NCBI GenBank assembly: GCA_002633005.1
Contig: NMRA01000610.1
Location: 147,533 to 211,532, forward strand
Length of the DNA stretch: 64,000 nucleotides
Origin: Phoronis australis
Lineage: Eukaryota > Animalia > Phoronida
Reading direction: 5' to 3'
This document shows positions 23,902 through 38,900 of the stretch, piece after piece. The position numbers were made by a program, and so were the translations under genes. The notes below the pieces were generated by a model. That model ran no database searches, was not told the origin of the DNA, and saw nothing but the letters and a program-made list of their open reading frames with translations. Every line of letters starts with the position of its first letter. Positions within the stretch are counted from its first letter, which is position 1.

Positions 23902-26900
23902 CTACAATGGCAGGGAAATGGACTATTAGTGGCGTGCAGACCTGACAAGTCAGGACACCAATTTGATGAGAGTTAATCTCTGTAGGTTTCAAAACAATGC
24001 TGATATCAAGTCAAATAGAATTTCCAGGAAAAGTTGTGATGAAACACTTCAGTGGAAAATTCTACTAATCACAAAAGAAAAATGAAGAATTGTGACATGT
24101 GCTGAATGCTTGCTGATCAGTTCAAGTGGACAACAGAAAAAAAGAAAATCGGTTTTAATTCAAGCAAGGTTTGTTGAAAACAGCGTGCGAGATTTTCCTC
24201 GAGTTACTGACTTTTTAAACATCACTGTTCTTACTAGGCACAAACACCGCACCCGTCGGGGTTACTGTCCAGGGAGCTGAAATTGGGAATCTACAAAGAC
24301 AGGGAGTGGGCGGTAAGCCGAGCGTGGGCGGTAGCCCAGACGAGTACGGTCGATGCAGCATTTTGCAAAGTATACATACACTTGATATAGCAGTAATCTG
24401 ACCATTGCAGTTACGAGTCATTCCCAATTCTGCATTAAAAAATGGATACAGTCTACTAAGTTAACTTACCTGGACATGCGTAGGTTTTCTCGGGGATGAA
24501 CTTGGACTTTTCACCTGGTTTCAGCAGAATCTGATTTCAGTGGGTTAAGGAAGATTGTTAACGAAGAAGACACAATTGCCAAAATATCGACAAAATTGAT
24601 AATTTTTCGTAATACTTTAGCAATAGGTTAGGATTTTAATGAGTTCTCCAGTGAAGATGGAGGTGTAACCTCTACAAACTGACAGACCAATTTCAGAAAA
24701 ATGATTACAAACCGAAACTGACATTTCTTCATTTTGTAAGGGCTTCTAACATTTTAGTGAGTGCCAACAGGTTTTCAATACTTTGTCTGATAACATCCTG
24801 TGGTACAAAACTTGAACACGAAAATGTCAGCATTTAATTTAATGTCACCTAATGTTGCTTGGGAAAAATGATGAAATAAAATGTCACAAGTCGGCCACAT
24901 CATCGGTGACTAAAATGTTGAAATTTTACTGCATTGATTTTATTGCTTTATGTAATTCATTTACCAGGCTCATGAGGCAACCCATACATTAACATTATTT
25001 GGCCTTTTGTCACTCGAATGCTTTAAGCGTGCCTAACACAGACCAACTAATTCAACCTTTCAAAGTAATGCATGTGGCTCAGCCACGCTGCTAAAGAAAA
25101 CATATTCGCTATAATTTCTCATATAATGCAAACATTTGAAAACAGTTAATATTTACTTTTCAAATTTAAAAAGAATCATTTTGGTCGTGTGCCTTTAGTT
25201 ACTTATTGTTCGTTTTTTGACAGTGAGTGAAACTTCACTAGGCTGAACAAGCGAGCAGGTTACGACTGCAATTATCTCATCCAATACACATTCGGACAAA
25301 CCCACAAATAGCACTAAACTTTGATGTGCAAAGGCGCTGTGAGAACAGGTCTAAAAAAGGCTAGCTGCGAAGAAATTCCACCAGCCTAATTACATATCAG
25401 GTTATTCATGGCTAAAAACACCAGAGGGCCATAGCAGTGATGGCTTCTAGCAATTCCAACCGGCAGAGGACCTACAGGTGTACTAGAGAAATAATTAACA
25501 AAAATCTGATATGGATATTACATTTTGCAAAGTATAACACAGTATCAATTTAAAATCAATCAAAAACTAGGTAGAATAAACACTAAATATACAAGTCTGA
25601 TGTTTGACTAGTCTAGACAAAGTTGATCAACTCATTTTAAAATTCAAAACCGTATTGTATCAAAGAATACCACTGGCATCGAGTCGCAAAGCACTTTTGG
25701 ATGAGACTCGGCTAGAACTTTAGTTTCTCGACACCACCTGGCGCCCTCTAGGAAGAGACCACGGACGTACGCACCATCCTCCTAGAATAAAAACACGAAA
25801 ATATAACTATAGGCAGACACAATGTGCCAGATCAATGCCGTTATTGAGTGAGGAAAACTGGTTCTCAAAATGCGGGCACGTTATATCTAACTATTACGGA
25901 CAGACATAGTAGTGCAACCTTGTAAATGTAATAATTGTAAACCTTGAATTACGTATGCAATAAATGACCTTACCATAATTGTCTAACTTCAAAGGAATTT
26001 TGTTAATTAGATATACCGGGCACACCATGTAGCCCTAGCAAAACCTCAAAAAAATAAGAAACCGCGAGTTTGTTCACGCAAATGTTGGCCCATCAAACGA
26101 TAGCTGAAGCTGCCTTTTCGCGCCATATTGCATAACCGCGAGAACCCTGCACAAACACCAAAAGGTCGATAACAATTGTATTGAATAGAGGTCTGAATAA
26201 AACACCATTGAGTTTATTTTCAAAATGTTAATCCCCAGATTACAAGTATGAATACTCAGTAATATTTCATTTAGTAACACTGGCTCATTTACAACAGACT
26301 GTTCAACTTCAGACACAAATAGTTGATTTTAAAATTGTCAAGTTCACTGAAGAGTTAAAAATGCTCAAAATTTTACTAAAATGTTTTTCTGTGACAGCTG
26401 CACCACACAAATGGTTCTAACAATGCTAAAAAATTTGAACATTCTGTCAATTAAAAATTAATAATACTGTTCGCCATATTTATCAGGCGGATTTTATGAG
26501 ACGCAATCGAGTACTGAACGTTTCCAACCAGCAATAGCTGAGACTATCCACCGAATGAAGGTTAGGTGGACTAGCAGCCATGTGAGAAATTCCCCCTTAG
26601 GCCACATAACACCATGTCATAAATGTCAAAAAGAGTTTACTGACCTACATCACAATTCTTGAACATGCCGCACCCTTTCCTAAATAAATAGTCTTTCACT
26701 TGTTGTCATGGGCAAAAATTTTGACAAGAAGTCCACCTAACCACCATTCTTACGATGACCGCAAGATGGTCAAAACATTAAATGAATTGTAAGTACAAGA
26801 TTGTGCCTCATGAAATTTGCCTGATTCTTGACTCATCAAATGAATGAAATTACTTAATGCAGTGTGTTAGTCATAAAATGAAGAATTTACTTAATAAAAA

Positions 26901-29900
26901 TTTGGTTTTCCACAGGGACTCTAAACACAGTAACTTAAGGATAGACGTTTAAAAGAACATTTTATCAGTAAGATAAAACAAACTTTTGATAAGCTATAAA
27001 ATAAACACACTTCAGCAACAACTAATACAAAATCCAAAGATGACATTTTGATAATCAATGTCAGCGATATCATGTGAAAACCTGGTTAATCATTCACACA
27101 CAAAATAAATCTGAAATCATAAAATATTTCAAAGCATCTTACCATAGAGACATCTTTGGCCTACGATTTACAAAATATTTCAATGCATCTAGCAGAAGTA
27201 TAAATGGACTACAGTGAATTGAAATACCTTGAGCGGAAATTGCCATCAGCAGAAACCAACTCACTTTTTGTTCTTGCCACATTAAACAAAGACTCACAAA
27301 CAAATTAGACTAACTACAAAAGCTGTTCTCATACTCTTCAACATGGAACCAAATTCACAAAAATGAAACCCTTACAGACAAATTGTATTGGACAGCGATC
27401 ATGGTTTGAATTGACTGAAGGCAAACTCATTTGAAAGTAACTGGCTTTATGATCAATGATATCAAATTCCTTTGACAAATCAATGAACTACTGTTACAAT
27501 ACTTACAGGTTTCTTAGGCATTGTGCTTTCTCTATCCATCACTTGAAACTGAAAGCCCAGTAAGTCAATAGGGATCTTGTACTTTCTTGCATAGTTTTGG
27601 GAAATGCCGGTCAGGAATGACTGGGTAAAATAAAACCCAGACAACCAGAAAACAACCGGCATCCCATTGAGAACCCATTCCTGCAAATAAACCAAAAAGT
27701 GCTGACCAACACTAATTAACGCAAGTCGAGACTTCATGACAGATTCACCATTAACACACACTCAGACAAATGAGGGGAGTAACGCGCAGTTTTCAAGGTA
27801 AAAAAGAGTGCAGGCAAGCTGATGTGTTTTGTAGTGTATTAGCCATGCCCAGGCTACAGTCGGCACAGGCCATTACTAGAAAAACTTAAGCTAAACCTCA
27901 AGAGCGCCTTGCTATCAATTAACAGGTTTGTCATAAAAGACCTGTTTGCTTCTGCCTGCCTCTTTTAAGAAAATAGACGGACTTTTCCCTTTGTTGCTGT
28001 AATGGTTCCATACAGGAGCTTGCTTCTAAGTCTGTAAACAGCTGGTCAAGTCACCACCAGGTGTTTAGGGCGCTTTAACACTCCCAGCACCACACTCAAG
28101 ACACAACGGGCTACTCATATGCCTACAGTGCTACAGTGACCAAGGCATGTTGACGCTGGATTTCAACCAATGATGTGACAGCACTGAATGATTTGCGGAT
28201 GCCCTTGTAAAGGATATGACAATCTAACTAGAAATTGACAGTACAAAGCATGAGTGAATAATTCTAATATTTAAGTTACTTTTCAATAAAACTAGAAATT
28301 GACAGTACAAAGCATGAGTGAATAATTCTAATATTTAAGTTATTTTTCAATAACAAAGAATTGCTATTGTTTTTTAAAGGCTGTGTACGTCATTGCCAGC
28401 CGAATATTTGCTGTTTGATGATAGATGCAAATGAGGGAAATTTCATAAACTAAAATTCCTTTTTTCATCAAACTGCACAATTAACTGAGGTCATGGAATT
28501 AACGTACCTTGAAAAACTGCAGTCTGGCTAGAAGATCATTCATGTAACCACCGAGAGGTTTGAGTGAAGGATATGACTTGGCTGCCCACATGGCTGGAAC
28601 CTGAAATCATATTACAAGGAAAATAACAACATCATGCATTAGGTTTTGGCCAGAACATTGAAATAAAACAACAAAAAATTTTCAAGAACATCCATACAAG
28701 TCATAGACACTTTCAGACAATTCACTGAACTTCAGCTGAGCATTATCAATCACTATACAACAAATAAACGGTACCACACAAATATGCTTACCCACTCAAA
28801 GCGAAGTGGGATCAAACAAGAATATCCACATTCCAAGGTATACGACTTTCTCCCCTCAGAAACCAGAACAAAACTCAGTAATATTTCGAAGGTTACGATG
28901 AGAGCCCCCATCGTAGATCAGATAATGAACAAAGATGGCTCACCGTGCCACCACAAACTGTCATCCTTGTTCCTCAACAAAAGAAGCTGGTCATCAAACA
29001 CAGCGAGACTGAACTTTCGGATCAACCATTAAGATGAAGTATGCTAAAGAATTTTCAACAACTAACAGCAACACTAACAAATATGCGAGTAGAATTAACT
29101 ACCCTAATTTCAGAGGCTGCCAAATGCAAAATCAAAACAAAAGTTGCTGCCGAAAAAACAACATGTCCCAACATAATAGCCGCATCTAGTAGTGGACCCA
29201 GGATGCACGCACGCTGACCTACTCAACATGGACTTCATACCTTGCCAACCATCATGCTGTCAAACACATCTTCAAGCTCCGACGACATGACCACCAAACC
29301 TTTGATGGCTCTCTGTATGTCAATGAGACTCTGCCGCACCACACCTATGAGTCGGTTGAAGCGTATGAGCTCCTGAATCAACACCGTGTTCATGGACTCT
29401 TCATATCTTACAGGGTACTTGGCCTGAAAAATGTCACGACAATTACATCCAACAGGCAAAAAGGTATTCATTATTTAGAAACAACAAAGATTTTGGGCTA
29501 CAGCAATGTAAAAAATGTCAATTTACCACAAGAAATTGGCAGATAAAAACAAGCCAAACAAGCTGCATGTTGATGGCACCTTTAAGTTTGGTAAAAACCT
29601 CACTTTGGGGCACGACATGGTGGATAGGTGGAATTTCATTTCGTCAAATTTCTCAACACAATAACTTTTCAGGAAAATTTTACTTTCCTTTTGGAATGGT
29701 TCGTATTGTGTAGCCCTCGTCAAACAACATTCTGTGGTAAATTTTGAGCATTTGGCAAGTCTCAGAAAAATAGAACTAAGACAAATTATTTTTGTCCGAA
29801 ATTGAATAATTTTTACTATAAGTAAGAACAGGCTGAAATTGTCCAGAAAACTAAAAAGTATGTAAGACCATCTTTGTAATTACCACAGATGAAGTAGAGA

Positions 29901-32900
29901 TAATTAACTAAATCAAGTCTGTGTTTAATAATCTTGTTTCATCTGATTCAGCTTAAAGTTCACTGAAAACATTCTTAAAAGAATTCAACGAAATATTGCG
30001 TCGTAAGTGACACAAATTTCTTTGTGGTTGTTATAAATTAACTTAAAGTATGACGGACTTGTACAAATATTAACATTTAAATTTAATTATTGTTTCCGGC
30101 GACAGGCAATGTGCAAGTTACTTGATTCAATGCATGAGCAGATTGTGAATAATTGTTCTCCAGGACTACGAAAAGGTTGCCCTGTCACTTTACCAAACAG
30201 CAAATCAATCATAGACTTCTCACCTGTGCATCTTCCAGGTTGAAGTCCTGAGGAATCTTGGACAGAATATCTGAAGCCAGGTCTTCGATGATTTCTTGGG
30301 ACGATTTACCACCACCAGACGTCTGAAAGCCGTATGACGAGATTAAGAGACCGTCGCAAAGCAAATTGTTCAGACAAAGGAATATTTATTGAATAAAAAG
30401 CCATTATTATGGGAGAAAATAAAACTTTCAGAGTTTTTAGATGCAAATGACTCATTATCAAAACTTACAGTAATTAAAATCAAAAAAGATTCAGTCGAAA
30501 CAAAATTACCTGAAAAGGTATTGCATAGCAGACTAAAAAATGACAAAGCTAGCAAGGCATCAACCTGCCAATGCATGCAACAATTATCATATTTTAGCAA
30601 ATCACACAAAATATCAAACACACCACGGCCACACATGACCACGCTGCTTTCAAATGACATAAAAGCAAGAGGGCGCTGAAGGAATTAGTATCCAAACCAA
30701 ACGTCAGGATTATGACTGACAGACGATTTGGCCGATGTTACGTATTCTATTAGTAAATGCTATGGATGAATAGATTAGAAATTATAAGGCAGATATTTAA
30801 TATTAGACTGGGGTGGATAAAAGACAAAAATGTGTCAGGATTATAAGTTAAGGGGGTTATTACAATACAAGTAAGTAGGATTAGGGTCATCCCTTGACTG
30901 AAGCAGGGTCGTGACCCCTCCTCTGGTTAATTAGGGCAATGAATACTGAAATGACTGTTGGCGGCAACCGAAATGAAATAAAATGTAGAGTAACATATTA
31001 AGTTGAAATTGCTTTGCATGGAATGTTTGCACGTTTAAATTATGTAGAACACTACACATGAGTGTGTGAAGTTAGTCAAATATCTACCAAACTATGGAGT
31101 TTAACTACTAGGTAAAATTAAATATTTTCTGAAGGCATAGAATTTGATTTTTAAATTCATACCATGTGCTTTACTAACATTTACGAAAAAAGATAAGACT
31201 AGTGTATTGATTTCATAGCCAAAGAAAGATATTAATAACATGACCAACTTTTGTTTGGCAAAAATGTCTAAGATAAAATGTTTTGTTCGATCATTTCGTT
31301 TGGAACAACTTTAGGGCTTTTTCATCAAAATCATAGTCCTATATTTGATGTCCCCTTGTGCAAATGTGGAACATTTTAAAAGCAATGCCATACATTGTTT
31401 TGGAGCAGTGCATAAAACACAGTACCCGAAAGTTTCATAAAATGAATCCGATCAGCAATTTCTGAGATATCTTCCAAAGTTGGCCAATTTTGAAATTTGG
31501 CCACTTTTCTAGTAATGTCCTACATAACCTTTAACTATAATGAAGGAACAGGGGACAAGACTGAACATGCAGCTTTTAAGTCAGCGGTAATCGCTCTGCA
31601 TTTGATGTCGACTATTTGAAACTCTACAAACAATGGACCACTGATCAACACTCGGCGACCAAATGTACTTTTCCCGAAGGCAGAGTTTTTTCACTGGATA
31701 CGATAAAGTCTTCTCTTATTTCAGACAAAATTACTTTCAGTCGAATTACAAAAATCCTTGGATAATCTCTCTCGCAAAGCTGCATGCGATTTGAAATATC
31801 AATCAACTCAAATCTTCTTACAGCACAAAAATGTTGATTAGAGTAGACAATAAAACACCCCTGGGGAAGGTACATTGAACTTTATATAATGGTGCAGTCA
31901 AAAATTGGACATAATAGGCTTATCAATCTTTTTGTACATGATGTGACCTCTAGGAGTTTCCAACATTATACTCTAAAGTAGTTTTCAGTACAAAATACAT
32001 TATAATGCTGGAATACTTGGTCTAAAACAAACGTCAGAATCATATCCTTCTATACCCCACAACATGTGTTCCAGCTGCAGAAATGGGTAAAAGCGTTACA
32101 ATCGACCGCCACAATCTGGGCATTTTAACAGTATACAAAACTGTCAAGTCAGTACTGTTAATAAAAACAGGATTTGTACAGTAATTCACTTAATCCAATA
32201 TTTTTTTTCCAAAATAAAATGTTAATAAATATGTAAAGCCACATACAGAACAACCTTGAAAACCTCCAAGTTTTATGTCGACCATTTTAGCGCTTTTTTC
32301 TACAATGGGACCAATAACAGATCGAGGGAAATTCCCTGCTTGCTCATAGCGCAATCACCTGCAAACTCTTAACCTTTGACCCCATTTGTGTCAGTGGCCT
32401 TCATAATGTTTTAGTTTTATAAGGTGCAATGTCGACTAAAATACAGCAAATACTCAATGTGCGGTAATTAAAAATTTCAAGATGAGTAAGGTAAGGATTT
32501 AAATAACCAAAACTTGGTGATCCTTACATGATCATCTTTGGATGTTATTGTGCGTGCAAAACTGTTGTTTGTGTGCAAGGCAAGAAAAATACCTGATCCT
32601 GAAGTCACGACAGTCCCACGCAGAGGGAGCGAGTAGATTGAAAGGAACGGCAGAAACGGGTTCAAGGAAGAAGGGGAAAGAGGAACGAATAAAAAATAAT
32701 TAAAAACTGCATAACATATCCGTAGCAACAAACCGAAATAAACACACTAATGCAAACCCCAATATTTTTCATTGCTTTCTGAACAAAAATTTCAAATGGC
32801 ACATGCTTTCTGTCTAAACACCTAGTCATAATTTTGTCCACTCAACAATATAGAACTGGTCTTTTTATCATGCCTTAGTTTATAAGTGATTTCTGGACTC

Positions 32901-35900
32901 AGAAAGAACTGACAGTATGGGATATTTTGCCAAACCAGGGTCATATCATATCTTCATATCAGGTCACAGCACAACCTGGAAAATTATGCGCTTTGTCTGA
33001 TGAAATAAATAACAGTCAGTTCTTTGTAACAAGTCCAGAAATCAAACCTTTTTTGACTAAGGAACAATAATTGAGACCAATTTCATACATAAAAACTTGT
33101 TTTTTTTTTGACAGAAAGCATGGGTTTAATACAGAAAGTAAGGTTTGAACTCTTGAGTGCATTAAGTGTAACATCCGTAAATATTGAACTCTAGTTTCCT
33201 GAAAAGTGAACCGAGCCAAGTACAATTAAATCACTAGAAAAAATCTATCAAACAACAAAAAGTGCTTTCTTGGTAGTTTTTGTCCCGATATTGTGATACG
33301 TTTGTTAAATCAAATTTTGATAACTCAATTTACCACTTCACAACCATTTTCTACGTAAAAACCCTCAATTTTTTATAACACCACCGACCAAGATTTCTTG
33401 CAATTCATATTATGCACGCATTACTGCCTAGAAATGAGCTTCATAAAAATGGCCAAGGAGATGAATACCAGGTTTTGAACGCAATAGCAGTAACCGTCAG
33501 TAATAACTGTTAGCCAGATGGGAATAGTTTGCTTCATGGACTGACCAACAGAGGGCGTATTCCCAGGTGTTGAGCATCAGTAATTAAATTACTTTAATGA
33601 CAGGTCAGACGAATGCAGTGAACACTGCCATACGCAACAAGCAGCATGCCGAGTTAATGGCAACATGCAAAAAGTTACATCATCTGCACACCTATTTCAA
33701 ACTGTACACTGAAGACAAAGTAAAATAAATGCAAACATGTTACTTTATTTAGCTTTAGTTTTAACTTTTAATTTAAAAGCATTATTGATGCTGCGATAAG
33801 GAAAATTTCACTTTGTAACCTTAAATGTTCCTGAGCACAAAAGACAGCAAGACATACCACGAACAAAACAAAATCAAAAACAACTTAAGAATTGGACACA
33901 CACACAATCATGAAAACCAGCATACGATAGTTGGTGTTAGTGGCTGTTACATTTACCTTTCCACCTCCCTTAGTGAAAAAAAAAACAGAACATGTGATTG
34001 GTTAAGTCTGTGACGTGCATAGGCGGACCTAAAAGGTGCTTCAAAAGTACACCAGGCAAGTTAAGTTTTGTGACAATAAACACATAATCTGTGCTGCATA
34101 ATATAGAGGAGTATCTAAGTTAACATACAACTAAACACAAATTTTCGGATTTCAATAAAACAAAATAATGCGTATTGAAGATGCAAGTCATGATCATATA
34201 CATAATATTATATAATTTATGTAGTTTCCTTCAAAATGTAAAAAACGTACCCAAGGACAAGCATTGAGTTTCCTTGATTTTAAATCATGTTTCCAAAATA
34301 TAAAATATCCGTGGAATTTCAGTTGTGTTAAACAATGAATACAAAATACATACCGGAAAGTAAAATCTCACAAATTTCGAACAATAATAATTGTCAAAGT
34401 TGCATTTTGTTCATTTCATTGTAGCAAAAGCATACCACACAGTTTTTCAAAATATTTTGTCGGTAGCCATGGACAAGATTTTGAACACAATTACGGTTTT
34501 GTAGTAAACATTAGTTCGATGCTACGTGTCATTCATGAAAATGTGAGAAAATAAAATTTCACCCGTATACCACAGTGCAACCTACATTGGTGAGAATTTA
34601 TAGCAGATATACTTTGAAGTAAATGTAGGATGAAGCATTTTGCCATCCATGAATAGCTGCCGTACAATTCAGTTAGCGAATGATTGCAAATTCTTGCCAG
34701 GACAAGTAATGATGTGGCTCTTCTAATTGACAAATAAAAATATCTAAACCAGCTCTGACAATATTTCTGGGAGCCAAATCTGACAAATAGTCTTCTCCCA
34801 CGTGCTGCACAATTTACGTTCAATGGCTGCACCTGATTCACCTTGCTGGTTCAGCTAGGACAACCAGATAAAACATCAGATTGGTTCTCAACAACAGCTC
34901 CGGCCTGCTTTACAAAGCAATCAGATGTCTTAGTCAGTTGACCTGACGGAAACGTCAATGCCAATCAAGTGCACCCACTGTCTCCGAGACGAATCTCATT
35001 TTAGACCCTTTCACCATCATAATGAAAAAATCCTCAATAAAGTATCCCTACACTCAATAAAGTATCCCTACACTCAATCTGTTTAAAAGTAACTATGATC
35101 CTATGGCGTTCTGAACTTCTGCACATGACCAATAATTTTTATTCAAGGATGATGTAATCTGCTCTAAACATTTTCAAACCAAACAATGTAAAAACTAGTG
35201 TCAAAGTGTCAAAAATAACACAAGCAGTCAAACAATCAGGCAAAGACTGCAAAATGGTAATTACGTGCATTGAGCGATTAGAAAAATGGTAATTAGGTGC
35301 ATTGATGAGCGATTAGAAATAAAAGCAATGGAATAATTGGAACGAAAGCTGCAAATTGGATACCGTATGTGTCCCGAACTTTTGCCACGTGTTTTGATTT
35401 TAAACAGAATTTGTGAATTTCGATGATGAATTGCAAACACTTCTTACAAAAAACAAAATTAAAGTAAGCTGAATTCAATGTCACGAAGGCTATTTATCAT
35501 GGTGGCGAATGATGCAAAATTTAGCTGCCAGAAAGTCATTGTCCTGGAAATGCTATTTTGCACCGAGTCATTGCAATTCATTCTTGTTTTAAACAAAATC
35601 GGCCTTCATGACAGGAGAGTGACACTCTGTTTTGTCTCAGTTTCGACAACCTTAGTGTGGTTCGGTAGCAAACTAGTCGCGCTTCAAATCTTTCAGTGAT
35701 AGCATAAAAAGTCACCTAATAAAGCGAGAAGCACAAAATGAACCTCCTAACCTATCCTGAGAAAGTGACATCTTTCAGTACAAGGCAGTTTCCATTTTCT
35801 GTTGTTATAGCAACTGTACACTGAGAAAATTGTTAACTGTAGCAAGGTTCTGCAAAGTAAAACCTATCAACCAAGCCTTGCATGCTTGAGTCATACAGCG

Positions 35901-38900
35901 TTCACATGACATCGAATCAGAAGGCGGACCCAGTCACTGTCCCACCAGCTANTGTTTTGATTTTAAACAGAATTTGTGAATTTCGATGATGAATTGCAAA
36001 CACTTCTTACAAAAAACAAAATTACCCAGAATAACCCGCCATGATGGGTGCAAGCTGAATTCAATGTCACGAAGGCTATTTATCATGGTGGCGAATGATG
36101 CAGAATTTAGCTGCCAGAAAGTCATTGTCCTGGAAATGCTATTTTGCACCGAGTCATTGCAATTCATTCTTGTTTTAAACAAAATCGGCCTTCATGACAG
36201 GAGAGTGACACTCTGTTTTGTCTCAGTTTCGACAACCTTAGTGTGGTTTGGTAGCAAACTAGTCGCGCTACAAATCTTTCAGTGATAGCATAAAAAGTCA
36301 CCTAATAAAGCGAGAAGCACAAAATGAACCTCCTAACCTATCCTGAGAAAGTGACATCTTTCAGTACAAGGCAGTTTCCATTTTCTGTTGTTATAGCAAC
36401 TGTACACTGAGAAAATTGTTAACTGTAGCAAGGTTCTGCAAAGTAAAACCTATCAACCAAGCCTTGCATGCTTGAGTCATACAGCGTTCACATGACATCG
36501 AATCAGAAGGCGGACCCAGTCACTGTCCCACCAGCTAACTTATTTGTTATCCTCAAAGGTGGTGCAGTAATTTTACCTTCTTACCGTGAGAAGGGTACGT
36601 TCCCGTCATATAACCTGTGGTTGGGTTCCGTTCGCCAGTGGTATCATTGCACGTGATTGGCCAAAATATTGGGGCTTTTTGCTCATCAATGTAATGCTAA
36701 TCATATGGCAAATGTATGAAATTATTCAAAAGACAGCTGACAGGAAGCCTTTATGAGCAATGGATCTGCCTTCTCATAACATTCAAATGTCGGTGAACGC
36801 TGTACCAGTGTGCAAAAGAGATAAAAATCTACACTAAGCTTGATGCACTTGTCACCATAGATTACAAAATAACTGTAAACCCTGAGGGTTTCATTACAAG
36901 CGTTTACTGTGACGGCACTACAATGTGCGAGCGAATGTGAAAAATGTGTCGAGTGCGTGAGTTGACTGACTTACTAATGACACACTGTCAGTACTAAAGC
37001 CGGGTTGTTTTACGTAAACTCTCTAAAACACACACACCAGAGACTTAATGAATTCAACAGCAGCTAACTTCTAAAGGGGATCCTTGGAGAGAGGCTCCCT
37101 CCTGTTAAGGGTTGCATAATCTATGCTCTGTACTATTGTGGGCAATAATCACTTACGGGGGGCCCTGAATTTTGAGGACCAGTTTGATGCCTGTTATTCA
37201 AAGAAGCCTCATAACTGGTTCTCAGAATGAAGACCCCTGTGAGTGACTATTACCAGATAGCGCATACTACAACTTGCTGTAAAACAGGGAGGGGAGTTTC
37301 ACACATCAAAACACAGTCACTTTATGGCAATTCTTAAGTCATTTTGCAATATCTTAAAACTTCATTCACTGCCTAGCTATAAATTATGAAAAGAGACTTC
37401 TATAACAATTTTACATTTATTAACATTATATTAAACTTTTCACTTATTAATGAGATTAAGCAGAATATTCTGGACAATATAACAAACAATTTCACATCTC
37501 TCCTATTTTTCTACTAAATAGGTCAGGAATTACTCTTAAATAGGTCAAGAATAACTCCTAAATGCTCGTCATAATTAATTTTTGGGTAGAAATCGGCAAC
37601 AAAACAAGATAGCAGAAAAAAAAGCAATTAACATGCAGTTCTGTTCTGAGTCAAAATTAAATTACATAACAACAAAATGGAATAGTTATTAAAAAGAAAT
37701 CTCAAAATTAACATACAGTTACACCTTTTTTTGAAATACATTAAAACAAACGAACCATGATTTCTGAGGAAGCTGACATATAACAAACACTATAAGAATT
37801 TTAACATACAAACACTATTTTTGAATTTGAAGGAACATAAAACAAAAAATTAAAACAACTACAATTTTTATTAAATAATTATAATAAAAATTATCAAAAA
37901 CTCCACAACGTCTCAATTTACCTATCCTGAGATAATAAACTGTTCAGGTTTGTTAAGGAGACCTTACCTGTCGTGGCAAAGTTAACAGTATCCCATCAAA
38001 CAACTGCTGGGTTTCTTGCTGATCTTTGGAAATGTCAGCGTTTTCATGAAGACCAAATACCTAGTATGAAGAAAATGGATCATGGAACATCAGAGAAAGT
38101 TTGATACTATATATCATGTTTCAGTGAAAAATCATGATTAAATAAAGTTTCACTTCTCAGCCATACTGTGTCCTAAATTGGAGAGATTTTACCAAATGCA
38201 TGCCTTGAATAAATGAAAGACAAATTTTTCACATCATGCCGTACCTCGGGATGAGGAGTTAGAGGCAAACTCTTGATGTACTCTAAGTAGCTCTCATACG
38301 ACCCCTTCTTGGGTGCGAAGTACTCTCCGCTCTCCGAGAACTTATAGGTGTCGTCCTCAATGACAGCCATGTTGTAAAAGATGGACAGGAGGCTGATGAT
38401 GAGGCGGCGATCCTTATCGTCCGTCACGCGACCACCGTAATTACACTGGCCCGTCAGGTAGGTGAGGGCCTCTAGTGGTGGGTCATCGTACTCATTGATA
38501 AACATCTGGAAACAACAGTCATGTGGTAATCAATTAGAAGTATTAAGAAGGCACACTGTTGGCGTTCATTGTTGCACAATGTGACATAGTATGCCAGAAG
38601 GATGGAGGAGACAGTGTGACGCAGTGTTTTGAACTCTGGACCACCGTTTGGGAGACTCGGGTTTGAATCCTTTCTGAACGCAGACAATGGAGCATTGCAC
38701 AAAAGTGTCTCCTACTTCTCTGAGCTCGGCCTTTCTAGTGAGTGAATGAAATGCAAGGGAATGAATTAGAACCACTTCGGAATACTCGACTTCGAGTGTG
38801 AAGTGTAAAGATGAGAAAGAAAGAATGGCTTCTGGCTTGTACATAATCACTGGGAAAAAGCAATGTGGCAACACGTTGTTTTATTTATTGTGTCTTTTCC

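Noticed and set aside
28780-29060. Possible L2/CR1 3' relic
   Set aside because: Only vague peptide similarity and no RT motif.
30510-30532. 23-nt exon or recursive splice site (ttttcag|gtaatt), and similar 17-nt (33334-33350) and 10-nt (~36975-36984) hits
   Set aside because: None preserves the frame. Such hits are expected by chance in AT-rich introns, which also tempers confidence in the microexon candidates.
35390-36537. Tandem ~570-bp duplication as a real repeat, and its ORFs
   Set aside because: The copies abut a single N and the ORFs show no recognisable protein features; this is an assembly artefact.
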